From an uncultured Gammaproteobacteria bacterium (GTDB lineage: Bacteria > Pseudomonadota > Gammaproteobacteria > CAWCPV01): a DNA stretch of 64,000 nucleotides. The position numbers and the translations under genes were made by a program. The DNA lies in contig CAWCPV010000004.1 in NCBI GenBank assembly GCA_963797555.1, positions 736,001 through 800,000 on the forward strand, written 5' to 3'. Below the pieces are notes generated by a model that was not told the origin of the DNA, searched no databases, and saw nothing but the letters and a program-made list of their open reading frames with translations. Below are positions 42,498 to 54,496 of the stretch, piece by piece. Position 1 is the stretch's first letter, and every line of letters starts with the position of its first letter.

Positions 42498-43664
42498 CTA
42501 GAACTTCGGCTGCAGCGTGACCCGCAGGCGATGCACGGCGGGGCCGTAGGTAACGCTCACGAACATATCCACGCTGCGGTTGGCGCGCGCGTTGGTGACC
42601 AGCGCCCGCTCCGTGGCGGTCCAGTTGCTCTCGGGGATCGAGAGGATGTTGAGCACCGGTATATCGATGGTGTAGTCATCGATGGTCGCGGCACGCTTGA
42701 GCGGACCCATGATGCCGTCGACACGGGTCTTGACCCCGACGAGGCCCGGCTTGGTGATGCGTGCATCGCCAATTGCGCCGATGAGACCGGCCTTGAGTCG
42801 GAAGTCGATGTCGTCGAGAGTGCGCACGATGTCGACGTAAAGCAGGTTGGCGTCGGTGGTAAACAGCCGTCCTTCGGCGAAGAAGAAGCCGCCTCCCACG
42901 ATCAGCGCCGGCTGGATGATGGGGACGATGCCGAACTCGGAGAGCGCCCTGATCTCCGAGGGGCTGTATTGCTCCGCGACCGGGATGGCGATCCCGCGGA
43001 TCCGTTTCAACACGATGGAGGTCGATGGCGCGTATCCGGCGACCGCGGCCATTGCGGCGCTGGCGGTGTCGGCTTGCGTCCCGGCGTCGTTCTTCGCGCC
43101 TCGCGCGGCGACCATGAGGACCCGGCTCACGCTGCTCTCCAACGTGGGTGTACCGGTGAGCCCCGTGTGCACGTCGCTGGCGTAGGTGGGCGACTTGCCG
43201 ATGGTCGGGTCCACCATCATCACCGCGATGCGCTTCTGCCCCGCGGCCGACATATTCTCGGCGTGGGTTTTCAGCTTGCTCAAGTTGGTCTTGTCGGTGA
43301 CATTGGCCAGCGACACGAAGGTGACGTCGTCCGCGGCCTCGAGGGCGGCGAGCCCGGCGTCGAAGTCGGCGTCCGCCAGCTTGACGCCATAGATCTTCGA
43401 GGGCCGCGGGTCCTGCAAGAGGGCCAACCGCAGCGATTCGTACAGGGGGTTGGGGGTCACGGTGTTGCTGCTGACTGCGGCGAACAGCGCGGCGGCGTCG
43501 GCGAGGGTGTCGACCACGAGCGGCACGTTGACCGCTGCGGTGCCGCCCCCTCCCGTCGCGCCCACGATAGCGATAACGCCTGGCGCGCGCTGCGCCACCG
43601 GGGCGAGCTGCGAGGTGTCGATGAACACCTCGATGAACGGATACGCTGCAGGTACGCTTGCCAT
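42498..43664 (-). CDS. Contractile tail sheath protein
   Basis: APGVIAIVG at the N-terminus; C-terminal sheath-like LYVDIVRTLDDI...IDDYTI...VSVTYGPAVHRLRVTL. Confidence 0.82.
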   Translation of the reverse strand: MASVPAAYPFIEVFIDTSQLAPVAQRAPGVIAIVGATGGGGTAAVNVPLVVDTLADAAALFAAVSSNTVTPNPLYESLRLALLQDPRPSKIYGVKLADADFDAGLAALEAADDVTFVSLANVTDKTNLSKLKTHAENMSAAGQKRIAVMMVDPTIGKSPTYASDVHTGLTGTPTLESSVSRVLMVAARGAKNDAGTQADTASAAMAAVAGYAPSTSIVLKRIRGIAIPVAEQYSPSEIRALSEFGIVPIIQPALIVGGGFFFAEGRLFTTDANLLYVDIVRTLDDIDFRLKAGLIGAIGDARITKPGLVGVKTRVDGIMGPLKRAATIDDYTIDIPVLNILSIPESNWTATERALVTNARANRSVDMFVSVTYGPAVHRLRVTLQPKF

Positions 43665-43679
43665 GTCGGAGTTCTCCCG

Positions 43680-44627
43680 TTAGGGGTGTTTTGGAGTGGG
43701 CGCGAAGGCGATCCCCTCCGGTCCCAACCACGCGGCCGCAGCGCGGCGCCTGAGCAGGCGCTTCTCCGCCACGGAGCCGCTTGTGCCGCCGGGCCAATCG
43801 TCGTCGTCGAAAATCGTCTCGGGCACCATCCACACCACTAGGATGGGCGCCCGCGCGCTTGTGTTGGCATCACGCGCCCGCTCCACACCTGCCTCTCGCA
43901 GGTGCTCGCCGACCATCTTGCTCTGTGACAGGATCTCGGCGAGCGAGATCGGCTGATCGCGCAGGAGCACCGCCGCGGTGATGGGGAGCTCGCGCGGCGA
44001 AGGGGGCGGCGCCGTCGGGTCGGAATAGCGGATACGCAAGGTCCCGGTCGAAATGACGCCGCGGAAACGGGTCATGAGGTCGCTCACCGATTCGGCGCCG
44101 ACGCGACCCAGCCAATCATCGAAGATCGCATCGGTGAAGGCATCGGGCTGGCGCAACGCCGCGCGGATGCGCGCGAGGAACCGGTTGCGCCTTTCTCTGT
44201 CCAGTGTGATTGGGTTGGTCGGCGGCGCGCCCAGCGCCGCGATGATCTCCCCGTCGATCCCCGACGGATCGGGCCACTCCGAGATCTCCTCGATGATTTT
44301 CCCCGTCGCGGGGGTGATGCGGGCGATGATGCTGCCGCGCCAGAGCGCGTCGATGCGCACCGACGAATCGCGCCCCATCCCAGTGATGATGAAGCGCCCT
44401 TCGTTGCGCATCGTCCCCATGTTCCACCAGCCGTCGACGGTCGAGCGGTTGGGGATCGATAACCCGATCTCCATCTCACGAAAGACCGCCTGGTACGGCC
44501 CGCTCAGCGCAGCCGCCTCCTCCCCATAGCCGGCGGCGGCCATCTGCTCGAGCGCTTCTTCGTCGAACAGAGTTGCCCGCGTCGCCGGATCGGCCATGCG
44601 GATGAGCGTAAAGTCGACGTAGTTCAC
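43680..44627 (-). CDS. Hypothetical protein, first gene of the tail cluster
   Basis: 315-aa ORF, GTG start with G-rich RBS, 15 bp upstream of the sheath gene. Confidence 0.7.
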   Translation of the reverse strand: MNYVDFTLIRMADPATRATLFDEEALEQMAAAGYGEEAAALSGPYQAVFREMEIGLSIPNRSTVDGWWNMGTMRNEGRFIITGMGRDSSVRIDALWRGSIIARITPATGKIIEEISEWPDPSGIDGEIIAALGAPPTNPITLDRERRNRFLARIRAALRQPDAFTDAIFDDWLGRVGAESVSDLMTRFRGVISTGTLRIRYSDPTAPPPSPRELPITAAVLLRDQPISLAEILSQSKMVGEHLREAGVERARDANTSARAPILVVWMVPETIFDDDDWPGGTSGSVAEKRLLRRRAAAAWLGPEGIAFAPTPKHP

Positions 44628-44749
44628 GAGTCCGCCGCCCCTCCCTTACAGCGAACACATGGATGGATAGGAACTCCAAACCAGGGTCGGAACGATGCGC
44701 CCGGCCTAAGTCGTTGTCAAGCGATGAGGTCGCGCGGTGATGCTTAAAA

Positions 44750-45056
44750 GGGCACCTGGAAAGTTTGGCACTGTGGTCGGCTGCCCGGTAGATTGGGCTC
44801 GTTTGGCGACCGACCAGGAACAGCGCGATGCCCCGGCCCCGATTCTTCGACCCCGACGAGTTGTTATGAACGCCTGACCCGCATCGCTGACCCCGGGGGT
44901 GCATCAACGAGGTCGTCGACTGGGACGCGTTTCGACCCGCCTTGAGCGCCTGAGGGAGAAGCCTCGCAAGGGCAACGCGGGGCGCAAGCCTTACGATGCC
45001 GTGCTCATGTTCAAGGTGCTGATTCTCCGGCACCTGTACAACGTCGGCGACGAGCA
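44750..45056 (+). mobile_element. IS5-family transposase N-terminal remnant
   Basis: MPRPRFFD..., VDWDAFRP, GNAGRKPYDAVLMFKVLILRHLYNVGDE across frameshifts. Confidence 0.75.
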
Positions 45057-45276
45057 CCCCGTAGATCGCCGCCGCAGGCGCTCCTCCTCCCGTTCGTCCA
45101 ACCCCTTCCCCGACCCCTCCCCACGAACTGGGGAAGGGAGCGATCGCAGCCCTCTCCAAGACTGTCGAGGGGGCCGGGAGTGAGATGCGGGAGAGAATGC
45201 GGGGAGGGCAGGGGGGACCGGTCGTGACGTGGCAGCGGTCTTCAGGCTCCGGGGCGGCGAAACCCGCGATGACCGG

Positions 45277-46674
45277 TTAGTCGTCGACGATTTTCCGTAC
45301 GTCGCAGAGAAGCCTTCCCTCCGCCAGCCGGGCCTGGATTTGGCTTCCCGGTGCCACGTCCCGGGCGCGGCGCACGATAGCGCCGTCGGGTGGTTGGGTC
45401 ACGATGGCGTAGCCGCGGGCCAGCGTAGACAGTGGGCTCACCGCCTCCAAGGCGCGGGTCAGATTGGCCAGCCTTCCTTGACGGTTTTCGAGGGACGCCC
45501 GCAGGGCGCCACGCAGCCGCAGGGCGAGCTGCTCCTGGCGAGCCCGGAGCGAACCGATCCGCCCCATCGGGTTATGTTTCTGCAAGTGCGCTTGCCACTG
45601 TGCCAACTGGGCAGATTTGTGACGCAGCAGCATCTGCTGGGCGCGTCCAAGGCGCTGCTCCAGCTCGTCCAGCCGCTGGGCGATGGCGCTCACGCGCCGT
45701 CCGGGATGCTGCAGACGCTTCTCGACCCAAAGCAGCCGCTCCCGCGCTCTCGCCAGGTGCCGGGAGACGAGGCTCGCCAGGCGTACGCGGATGCGCTCCA
45801 GGCGCTGCTGCCACGCCCCCTGGTCGGGGCTCACCCGTTCCGCAGCCCCGGAAGGGGTCGGCGCCCTCAGGTCGGCGACGAAGTCCGCTATGGTGAAGTC
45901 GATCTCGTGGCCCACGCCAGTGACAACGGGGATCTGGCAACGATGAATGGCGCGGGCGACCAATTCCTCGCTGAACGCCCAGAGGTCCTCCAGCGACCCG
46001 CCTCCCCGTGCGAGGATGAGCACATCGCAGTCACGGCGCTGCGATGCCAGGTCCAGGGCATGGACGATGCGCGGGGCCGCCTCCGGCCCTTGCACCGGCA
46101 CCGGGTAGACCAGGACGGGGATCGCCGGAAACCTGCGGCGCAGGACGCTCAGAATGTCCCGAAGCGCGGCCCCCGTGGGCGAAGTGATGACCCCGATGCG
46201 GCGCGGCAACGCGGGCAGAGGCTTCTTATGCGCGGTGTCGAAGAGCCCTTCGAGCGCCAAGCGCTGTTTGAGCAGGTCGAAGGCTCGGCGCAGGGCGCCG
46301 TCGCCGGCCTCCTCCAAGTGATGGGCAATGAGCTGGAAGTCGCCGCGAGCCTCGAACAGGCTCACCTCCGCCCTCAGCAGGACGTGCAGCCCGTCCCGCG
46401 GGACGAAGGCTACCTCGCGATTGCGCCCGCGGAACATGGCGCAACGCACCTGTGCGCCCTCGTCCTTGAGGGTGAAGTACCAGTGACCCGAGGCGGGCCG
46501 GGAAAGGTTGGACACCTCTCCCTCCACCCACAGCAGCGGGAAACCTCCCTCCAGCAGCTCTCGCGCCTCCCGATTCAGCCGGGAAACGGTGTAGACGTCC
46601 TGGGGGCTGTCCGCGGCCGAGCTGCCGCCGGGCGGCGCATCGGAAAGACCGCGGGTGCCCAGTAGCTCGGCCAC
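45277..46674 (-). CDS. xseA: Exodeoxyribonuclease VII large subunit (start approximate)
   Basis: WVEGEVSN, SGHWYFTLKD, RGGGSLEDLWAF, GVGHEIDFTIADFVADLRAPTPS, LARGYAI. Confidence 0.96.
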   Translation of the reverse strand: MAELLGTRGLSDAPPGGSSAADSPQDVYTVSRLNREARELLEGGFPLLWVEGEVSNLSRPASGHWYFTLKDEGAQVRCAMFRGRNREVAFVPRDGLHVLLRAEVSLFEARGDFQLIAHHLEEAGDGALRRAFDLLKQRLALEGLFDTAHKKPLPALPRRIGVITSPTGAALRDILSVLRRRFPAIPVLVYPVPVQGPEAAPRIVHALDLASQRRDCDVLILARGGGSLEDLWAFSEELVARAIHRCQIPVVTGVGHEIDFTIADFVADLRAPTPSGAAERVSPDQGAWQQRLERIRVRLASLVSRHLARARERLLWVEKRLQHPGRRVSAIAQRLDELEQRLGRAQQMLLRHKSAQLAQWQAHLQKHNPMGRIGSLRARQEQLALRLRGALRASLENRQGRLANLTRALEAVSPLSTLARGYAIVTQPPDGAIVRRARDVAPGSQIQARLAEGRLLCDVRKIVDD

Positions 46675-46708
46675 GGTCGGTGGTTCGCGTGCTCGGTGCT
46701 GCTCCGTC

Positions 46709-47044
46709 TCAGAACGGCGGCTTGGCGTTGCGCTGTTGCAGGTACTGCTCGTATCCGGCCTCTGCCTGGAATCTGGCCTGGTCGGCAAGTTTCACTGCGG
46801 CGGCGCTGTCGCCCTTGCTCACCGCGTCCTGCGCCTCCTTGAGCAGCTTCTCGGTATCGATCCAAAGGTATCCCACGCCGGCCGTCTTCTTGACGGCAAT
46901 TGCGGCGTTGTCGATAGCCTGCTGGACTACCTCTTTGGATTCGGCCGTGGCCGCGGAGACCGGGCCGGCGGCCCCGCCCGCCATGCCAGCACAGGCCGTG
47001 GTCACCAGGAAGGCAGCGAAGTACGCGGTTGTCCTGGAGTTCAT
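46709..47044 (-). CDS. SoxXA-binding protein (SoxK)-like exported protein
   Basis: Signal peptide; GYLWIDTEKLLKEAQ...GD...AVKLADQA..QAE...Q..NAKPPF pattern. Confidence 0.6.
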   Translation of the reverse strand: MNSRTTAYFAAFLVTTACAGMAGGAAGPVSAATAESKEVVQQAIDNAAIAVKKTAGVGYLWIDTEKLLKEAQDAVSKGDSAAAVKLADQARFQAEAGYEQYLQQRNAKPPF

Positions 47045-47232
47045 CGGCGGTTCCTCCGGCATTTTCTCGTGGTGTGGAGCAGAAGGCTGCCACAAAGGCC
47101 CGGATAGGGCAAGGGAGGCCGCTGGCGCCTCGCCTCTTCAGCCTCTCATCCACACTGAACCCCCACATCACTTCAACGCCTGCACTCAATCGACGGATCT
47201 TGACCGGACCATAACACTGGATACCCGTCACG

Positions 47233-47261
47233 TTTACCCAGGCCACCGTGATCCTTATAAT
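47233..47261 (+). promoter_or_regulatory. Sigma70-like promoter for guaBA
   Basis: TTTACC-17 nt-TATAAT upstream of guaB. Confidence 0.6.
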
Positions 47262-47292
47262 GCGCTGACTGATCCCGCTGCCCAGCGACACC

Positions 47293-48753
47293 ATGCGAAT
47301 CGTTGAAGAGGCGCTTACGTTCGATGATGTGATGCTGCTGCCCGGTTACTCGCGGGTGGTGCCCAAAGAGGTGCGCCTCCAAACCTCCTTGACCCGGGCC
47401 ATCCGCCTCAACATTCCCCTGCTCTCGGCGGCCATGGATACCGTGACCGAGGCGCGTCTGGCCATTGCTCTGGCGCAAGAGGGCGGCATCGGGATTATCC
47501 ACAAGAACATGGGCATTGAGCAGCAAGCGGGGCAGGTACGGAAGGTCAAGAAGTTCGAGAGCGGTGTCATCAAGGAGCCCATCACGGTTACCCCCGAAAC
47601 CAGCATCGGGCGGGTGCTCGAGCTGACCCGCGCGCACAATATCTCGGGCGTCCCGGTGGTCGAAGGGGAGCAGCTCACCGGGATCGTCACGGCGCGCGAC
47701 CTGCGCTTCGAGACTCGCCGCAACAACCCGGTGTCCTCCATCATGACGCCGCGCGAACGGCTGGTGACCGTGCGCGAGGGCGCGAGCCGGGAAGAGGTGA
47801 TCCGCCTGTTGCACCAGCACCGCATCGAGAAGGTGCTGGTGGTGGACACCCAGTTCCGGCTGCGCGGGCTCATCACCGTCAAGGACATCCAGAAGGCCAA
47901 GGAGAATCCGCAGTCCTGTCGGGATGACCAGGCCCGTCTGCGCGTCGGCGCAGCGGTTGGCACCGGTCGGGGCAGTGAGGAGCGCGTGGCCGCGTTGGTG
48001 GCCGCTGGCGTGGACGTGATCGTGGTGGACACCGCGCACGGGCATTCGGAAGGCGTCCTGGAGCGGGTGCGTTGGATCAAACGCACCTATCCCGAGCTGC
48101 AGGTCATGGGTGGGAATGTGGCGACGGCCGAGGGAGCGCTGGCCCTGGTGGAGGCGGGCGCCGATGCGGTCAAGGTGGGGGTGGGGCCGGGGTCCATCTG
48201 CACGACGCGCATCGTCACAGGCGTCGGCGTGCCGCAGATCACCGCAGTGGCCAATGTATCGGCGGCTCTCGCCGGCACCGGGGTACCCGTGATCGCGGAC
48301 GGGGGTATCCGATACTCCGGCGACCTGTCCAAGGCCGTCGCCGCGGGCGCGCACGTCGCCATGGTGGGCGGTCTGTTCGCGGGCACCGACGAGGCCCCCG
48401 GCGAGGTGGAGCTATATCAGGGACGCTCCTACAAGAGCTACCGGGGCATGGGCTCCCTGGGGGCGATGCAGCAGGGCTCCGCCGATCGCTACTTCCAGGA
48501 GGAGTTGAGCGAGCTGGACAAGCTCGTGCCGGAAGGCATCGAGGGGCGCGTTCCCTATCGGGGCAGCCTGCACCAAATCGTCGACCAGCTCATGGGTGGG
48601 CTGCGGGCAAGCATGGGCTACACGGGGTGCGAGAACATCGACGAGATGCGCAGCCGCCCGAACTTCGTGCGTGTGACTTACTCCGGAATGCGGGAGAGCC
48701 ACGTGCACAACGTCGCCATCGTCAAAGAAGCGCCCAACTACCGCGTGGAATAG
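47293..48753 (+). CDS. guaB: IMP dehydrogenase
   Basis: [19 protein letters not shown] pair, [15 protein letters not shown]. Confidence 0.98.
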   Translation: MRIVEEALTFDDVMLLPGYSRVVPKEVRLQTSLTRAIRLNIPLLSAAMDTVTEARLAIALAQEGGIGIIHKNMGIEQQAGQVRKVKKFESGVIKEPITVTPETSIGRVLELTRAHNISGVPVVEGEQLTGIVTARDLRFETRRNNPVSSIMTPRERLVTVREGASREEVIRLLHQHRIEKVLVVDTQFRLRGLITVKDIQKAKENPQSCRDDQARLRVGAAVGTGRGSEERVAALVAAGVDVIVVDTAHGHSEGVLERVRWIKRTYPELQVMGGNVATAEGALALVEAGADAVKVGVGPGSICTTRIVTGVGVPQITAVANVSAALAGTGVPVIADGGIRYSGDLSKAVAAGAHVAMVGGLFAGTDEAPGEVELYQGRSYKSYRGMGSLGAMQQGSADRYFQEELSELDKLVPEGIEGRVPYRGSLHQIVDQLMGGLRASMGYTGCENIDEMRSRPNFVRVTYSGMRESHVHNVAIVKEAPNYRVE

Positions 48754-48792
48754 CCGCCGCAGCGACGCGCGGGCGGCTGCCGCGAGGGCCAT

Positions 48793-51107
<2,315 letters not shown>

Positions 51108-51301
51108 CTCCGCGTCCCCGAGGTTAGGGTAAACCCCAATACTAGCATTAGAATGCCAGATGCAGTTTTTGTCAACCCAAGGCTGGAGTGGTGCTCGACG
51201 CCTGCGAAGAAATCCTCGCGATCGCCCGAGAGTAGGGTGCACAGAGCGCAGCGACGGGATCTATCGAGTCGATAGGCGAGGGCCGACCGGATGGCAGGAG
51301 A

Positions 51302-51376
51302 GCCATTCGGCACGTCCACTGGACGCCTCGAAGGGGTGGTGAACAGGGAGGTACGCCATGAACACCGGGCAGCGCC
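51302..51376. repeat. Dispersed ~75-bp repeat, copy 2
   Basis: Homologous to 26700-26773. Confidence 0.75.
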
Positions 51377-51399
51377 GCGGTCGGGACGCCCGTAAGCAC

Positions 51400-52224
51400 T
51401 CAGCGCTTGAGGATGATCTCCAGGACCCACTTGCTGCCGAAGTAGGCCAGCATGAGGGACAGGAATCCCCCAAGGGTCCAGCGAATAGCGGTGCGCCCCC
51501 GCCAGCCGAACCGCCAACGGCCCCACAGCAGCAAGGCGAAGACCATCCACGCGAGCGTGGAGAGCACCGTCTTGTGCACCAAGTGTTGTGCAAAGATGTC
51601 CTCGACGAACAGCAGGCCGCTCCCGAGCGCCAGGCTGAGCAGCACAAAGCCCACGGTGATCATCCGGAACAGCAGGTTCTCCATGGTCTGCAATGGGGGT
51701 AGGGCACGGACGAAGCCGCCCGGATGCTTCTCCCGCAGGTGCTTCTCCTGGACTGCCAGCAACACCGCCTGGACCGCTGCGATACTCAGGACGCTATAGG
51801 CGAGTAGCGACGACAGGATATGCAGGTCGATTCCCAACCCTGTCTCCTCCAGGCGTTCCCCGTGCGGAGGCACGAGGACCTGTAACAGCAGCGTGATGGC
51901 AGCCAAGGGCAAAATGGCTAGGGCCAAGTTCTGTACGGGCTGTGCCAGGGCCGTGAGCATCCACAACAGGGCGATGAGCCAGGATACCAGCGAAAGGGCG
52001 TTGACGAACTGGAGGTCTAGTCCATGCTGGGTCGCGACGTGCCGGTAAAGGACCAGCGCATGAACCGTAAGGGCGGGCAGGACGAGCAGCGCCAGCCCGG
52101 CGGCCGCGGGGGGCGTACCGTCGTGACCGCGCCGCAGCGCGGACACGACGGGAACGGTGGCGAATAGATAGAGAGTGGTGCCGAGGCAGCCGAGGAGGAT
52201 GAACATCGCGGACAATGATGGCAT
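51400..52224 (-). CDS. ypjD: Cytochrome c assembly (CcsA/YpjD) family inner membrane protein
   Basis: Multi-TM; LPPLQTME, HKTVLS, GWRG, LAYFGSKWV; divergent from ffh. Confidence 0.88.
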   Translation of the reverse strand: MPSLSAMFILLGCLGTTLYLFATVPVVSALRRGHDGTPPAAAGLALLVLPALTVHALVLYRHVATQHGLDLQFVNALSLVSWLIALLWMLTALAQPVQNLALAILPLAAITLLLQVLVPPHGERLEETGLGIDLHILSSLLAYSVLSIAAVQAVLLAVQEKHLREKHPGGFVRALPPLQTMENLLFRMITVGFVLLSLALGSGLLFVEDIFAQHLVHKTVLSTLAWMVFALLLWGRWRFGWRGRTAIRWTLGGFLSLMLAYFGSKWVLEIILKR

Positions 52225-52330
52225 AGGTCCTTACCGCATTGAAGGGGTGATCAAGCTGCGGATGCGTGGACGCGGGCGCCGCACGTATAATGCGAATTCC
52301 CACAGCTCGGCAGATCCTTAGGATGAAAGC

Positions 52331-53693
52331 ATGTTCGATAACCTGACGGAACGCTTGGGCCGGAGTCTGCGCCAGTTGCGAGGGCGCGGGCGGCTGACCG
52401 AGGACAACATCAAGGACGCTCTGCGCGAGGTGCGCGTGGCTCTGCTCGAGGCCGACGTTGCGCTGCCCGTGGTACGCGAGTTCATCGAGCGCGTGAAAGC
52501 GCGGGCCGTGGGCCAAGAGGTCATGGGCAGCCTGACTCCCGGCCAGGCGCTCATCAAGGTGGTGCGGGACGAGCTGGTGGCGCTCATGGGCCAGGCGAAT
52601 GAGCAGTTGGACCTCAAGGTGCGGCCCCCGGCGGTTATCCTGATGGCGGGACTGCAGGGCTCCGGCAAGACCACCAGCGTGGCCAAGCTCGCGCGCTGGC
52701 TGATGGAACGCCAGAAGAAGTCGGTACTGGTGACGAGCGTGGATGTCTACCGTCCAGCGGCCATCGAGCAACTGGAGACCTTGGCTCGGGAAGTCGGGGC
52801 CAGTTTCTTTCCGTCTCGCGCCGGACAGGATCCGGTGAAAATCGCTGAGACCGCGGTGGCGGAGGCCAGGCGACGTTTTGCGGAACGTCGTGATCATCGA
52901 CAGTGCAGGGCGCCTGCACGTCGATGCGGCGATGATGGACGAGATCAAGCGCCTGCACGCGGCCGTGGAGCCGGTCGAGACTCTGTTCGTGGTCGACAGC
53001 ATGACCGGCCAGGACGCCGCCAATGCCGCGCGCGCCTTCAACGATGCGCTGCCGCTGAGCGGCGTGATCCTGACCAAGGCGGACGGCGACGCCCGGGGCG
53101 GCGCCGCGCTCTCAGTCCGGCACATCACCGGCAAGCCCATCAAGTTCATGGGGGTGGGCGAAAAGATCGATGCTTTGGAGCCGTTCCACCCCGAGCGCGT
53201 GGCGTCCCGTATTCTGGGGATGGGGGACGTGCTGAGCCTCATCGAGAAGGCGGAGCACACGGTCGACCGGGAGCGCGCACAGGAGATCGCCGGCAAGCTA
53301 AAGAAGGGCAAGGGCTTCGATCTGCAGGACTTCCGTGACCAGTTGAGCGAGATGCGCAAGCTCGGTGGCGTCGGGGCCTTGTTGGATACGCTCCCGGGAG
53401 GGGCTGCCTTGCCCCAAGCGATCAGGAGTCAGTTGGACGACCGCGAGGTGCGGCGCATGGAGGCCATCATCAACTCCATGACTCCGGCAGAGCGGCGCAA
53501 CCCGGACATCATCAAGAGTTCGCGCAAGCGCCGCATCGCTGCCGGCTCGGGTACGCAGATCCAGGAGGTGAACCGACTGCTGAAGCAGTTCGCGCACATG
53601 CAGAAAATGATGAAGCGCTTCTCCAAGAAGGGCGGGCTCGCAAGCATCATGGGTGGCCTGAGGGGCCGGATGCCACCGAACATGCGGTTCTGA
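52331..53693 (+). CDS. ffh: Signal recognition particle protein (frameshift near 52884)
   Basis: MFDNLTERL, GLQGSGKTT, DSAGRL, TKADGDARGG, SRKRRIAAGSG. Confidence 0.95.
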
Positions 53694-53809
53694 TGCGGCG
53701 ATTGGGGACGATACCTGGGTCAGGGCTCCATCTTAGTGACCGCCGCCCATGCGCAGCACAGCCGGTGGCGGGATGCAGCGGGGCAATGAGCGCGACGTGG
53801 GCACCAACT

Positions 53810-54184
53810 CCGGTGTCCATGAACTGCAGGGGATACTCTTTGCCCTGGTCTTGCTCGATCTTTGCGGACTCCGGGGGATACGCCTCCGGGGCGGCCTTGC
53901 CCGCAAGGCAAACTTCGTCTTCGTGTAGCGGTAGCCGAGGCGGCGCTGCACTGCGCTCCTGCGGCGCTCCTAGACTGCTCCACGACCCAGTGCCCCACTT
54001 CCTTCGCATCCAGCCGGTCCAACGACGATCGGCCTCACGCTGGTCGAGCGCGCCGCGGTACGCCGCACTCAGCGCTGCCGTTCTTCAGGTCGCGGAGCGT
54101 GGTCGAGCATGTCGTATATCATGCACATTGCTTCAGTTGCTTACATGAGAGAGTTCAACTAACTTCTGAGATGCGACCGGTATA
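53810..54184 (-). mobile_element. Degenerate IS630-like transposase remnant
   Basis: Fragments AKEVGHWV, RRLGYRYTKTK, AGKAAPEA, LQFMD in different frames; TATACC-type end at ~54184. Confidence 0.5.
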
Positions 54185-54496
54185 AATCTCAGGCTATCGG
54201 CCTGGGTGCGATCTCGGTAGGACGCGCGAGCGAGGAGGGGAACGGACGGGGGTGGAAGCCCCGACGCGGTCTGGACCAGCGGCGGGCGCCCGGTTTGCCG
54301 CTTCACCTGCGACGGCCGTGCTCACTGTGCCTGCGGCCGTCGGAGGACGGGGGCCCGACAGGGGGGCGTGGTGCGGTCTTCTGGTATCGGCATGTCATCC
54401 GAAGCAGGAGAGCCACCACCTGAGCTGCCAGTCGGCGAAGCGGTTCCCCGCAGGCCTCACGTGTCCTTACCCCGAACCTAACGCTGGAGCCCCTCC

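Noticed and set aside
29706-44627. Intact prophage or T6SS
   Set aside because: No capsid, portal, terminase, integrase or replication genes, and no TssJLM, TssK or ClpV. A decayed prophage cannot be fully excluded.
52331-53693. ffh, ppc and glgA as true pseudogenes or programmed frameshifts
   Set aside because: Single indels with otherwise intact sequence and no obvious slippery sites; sequencing error is more likely.
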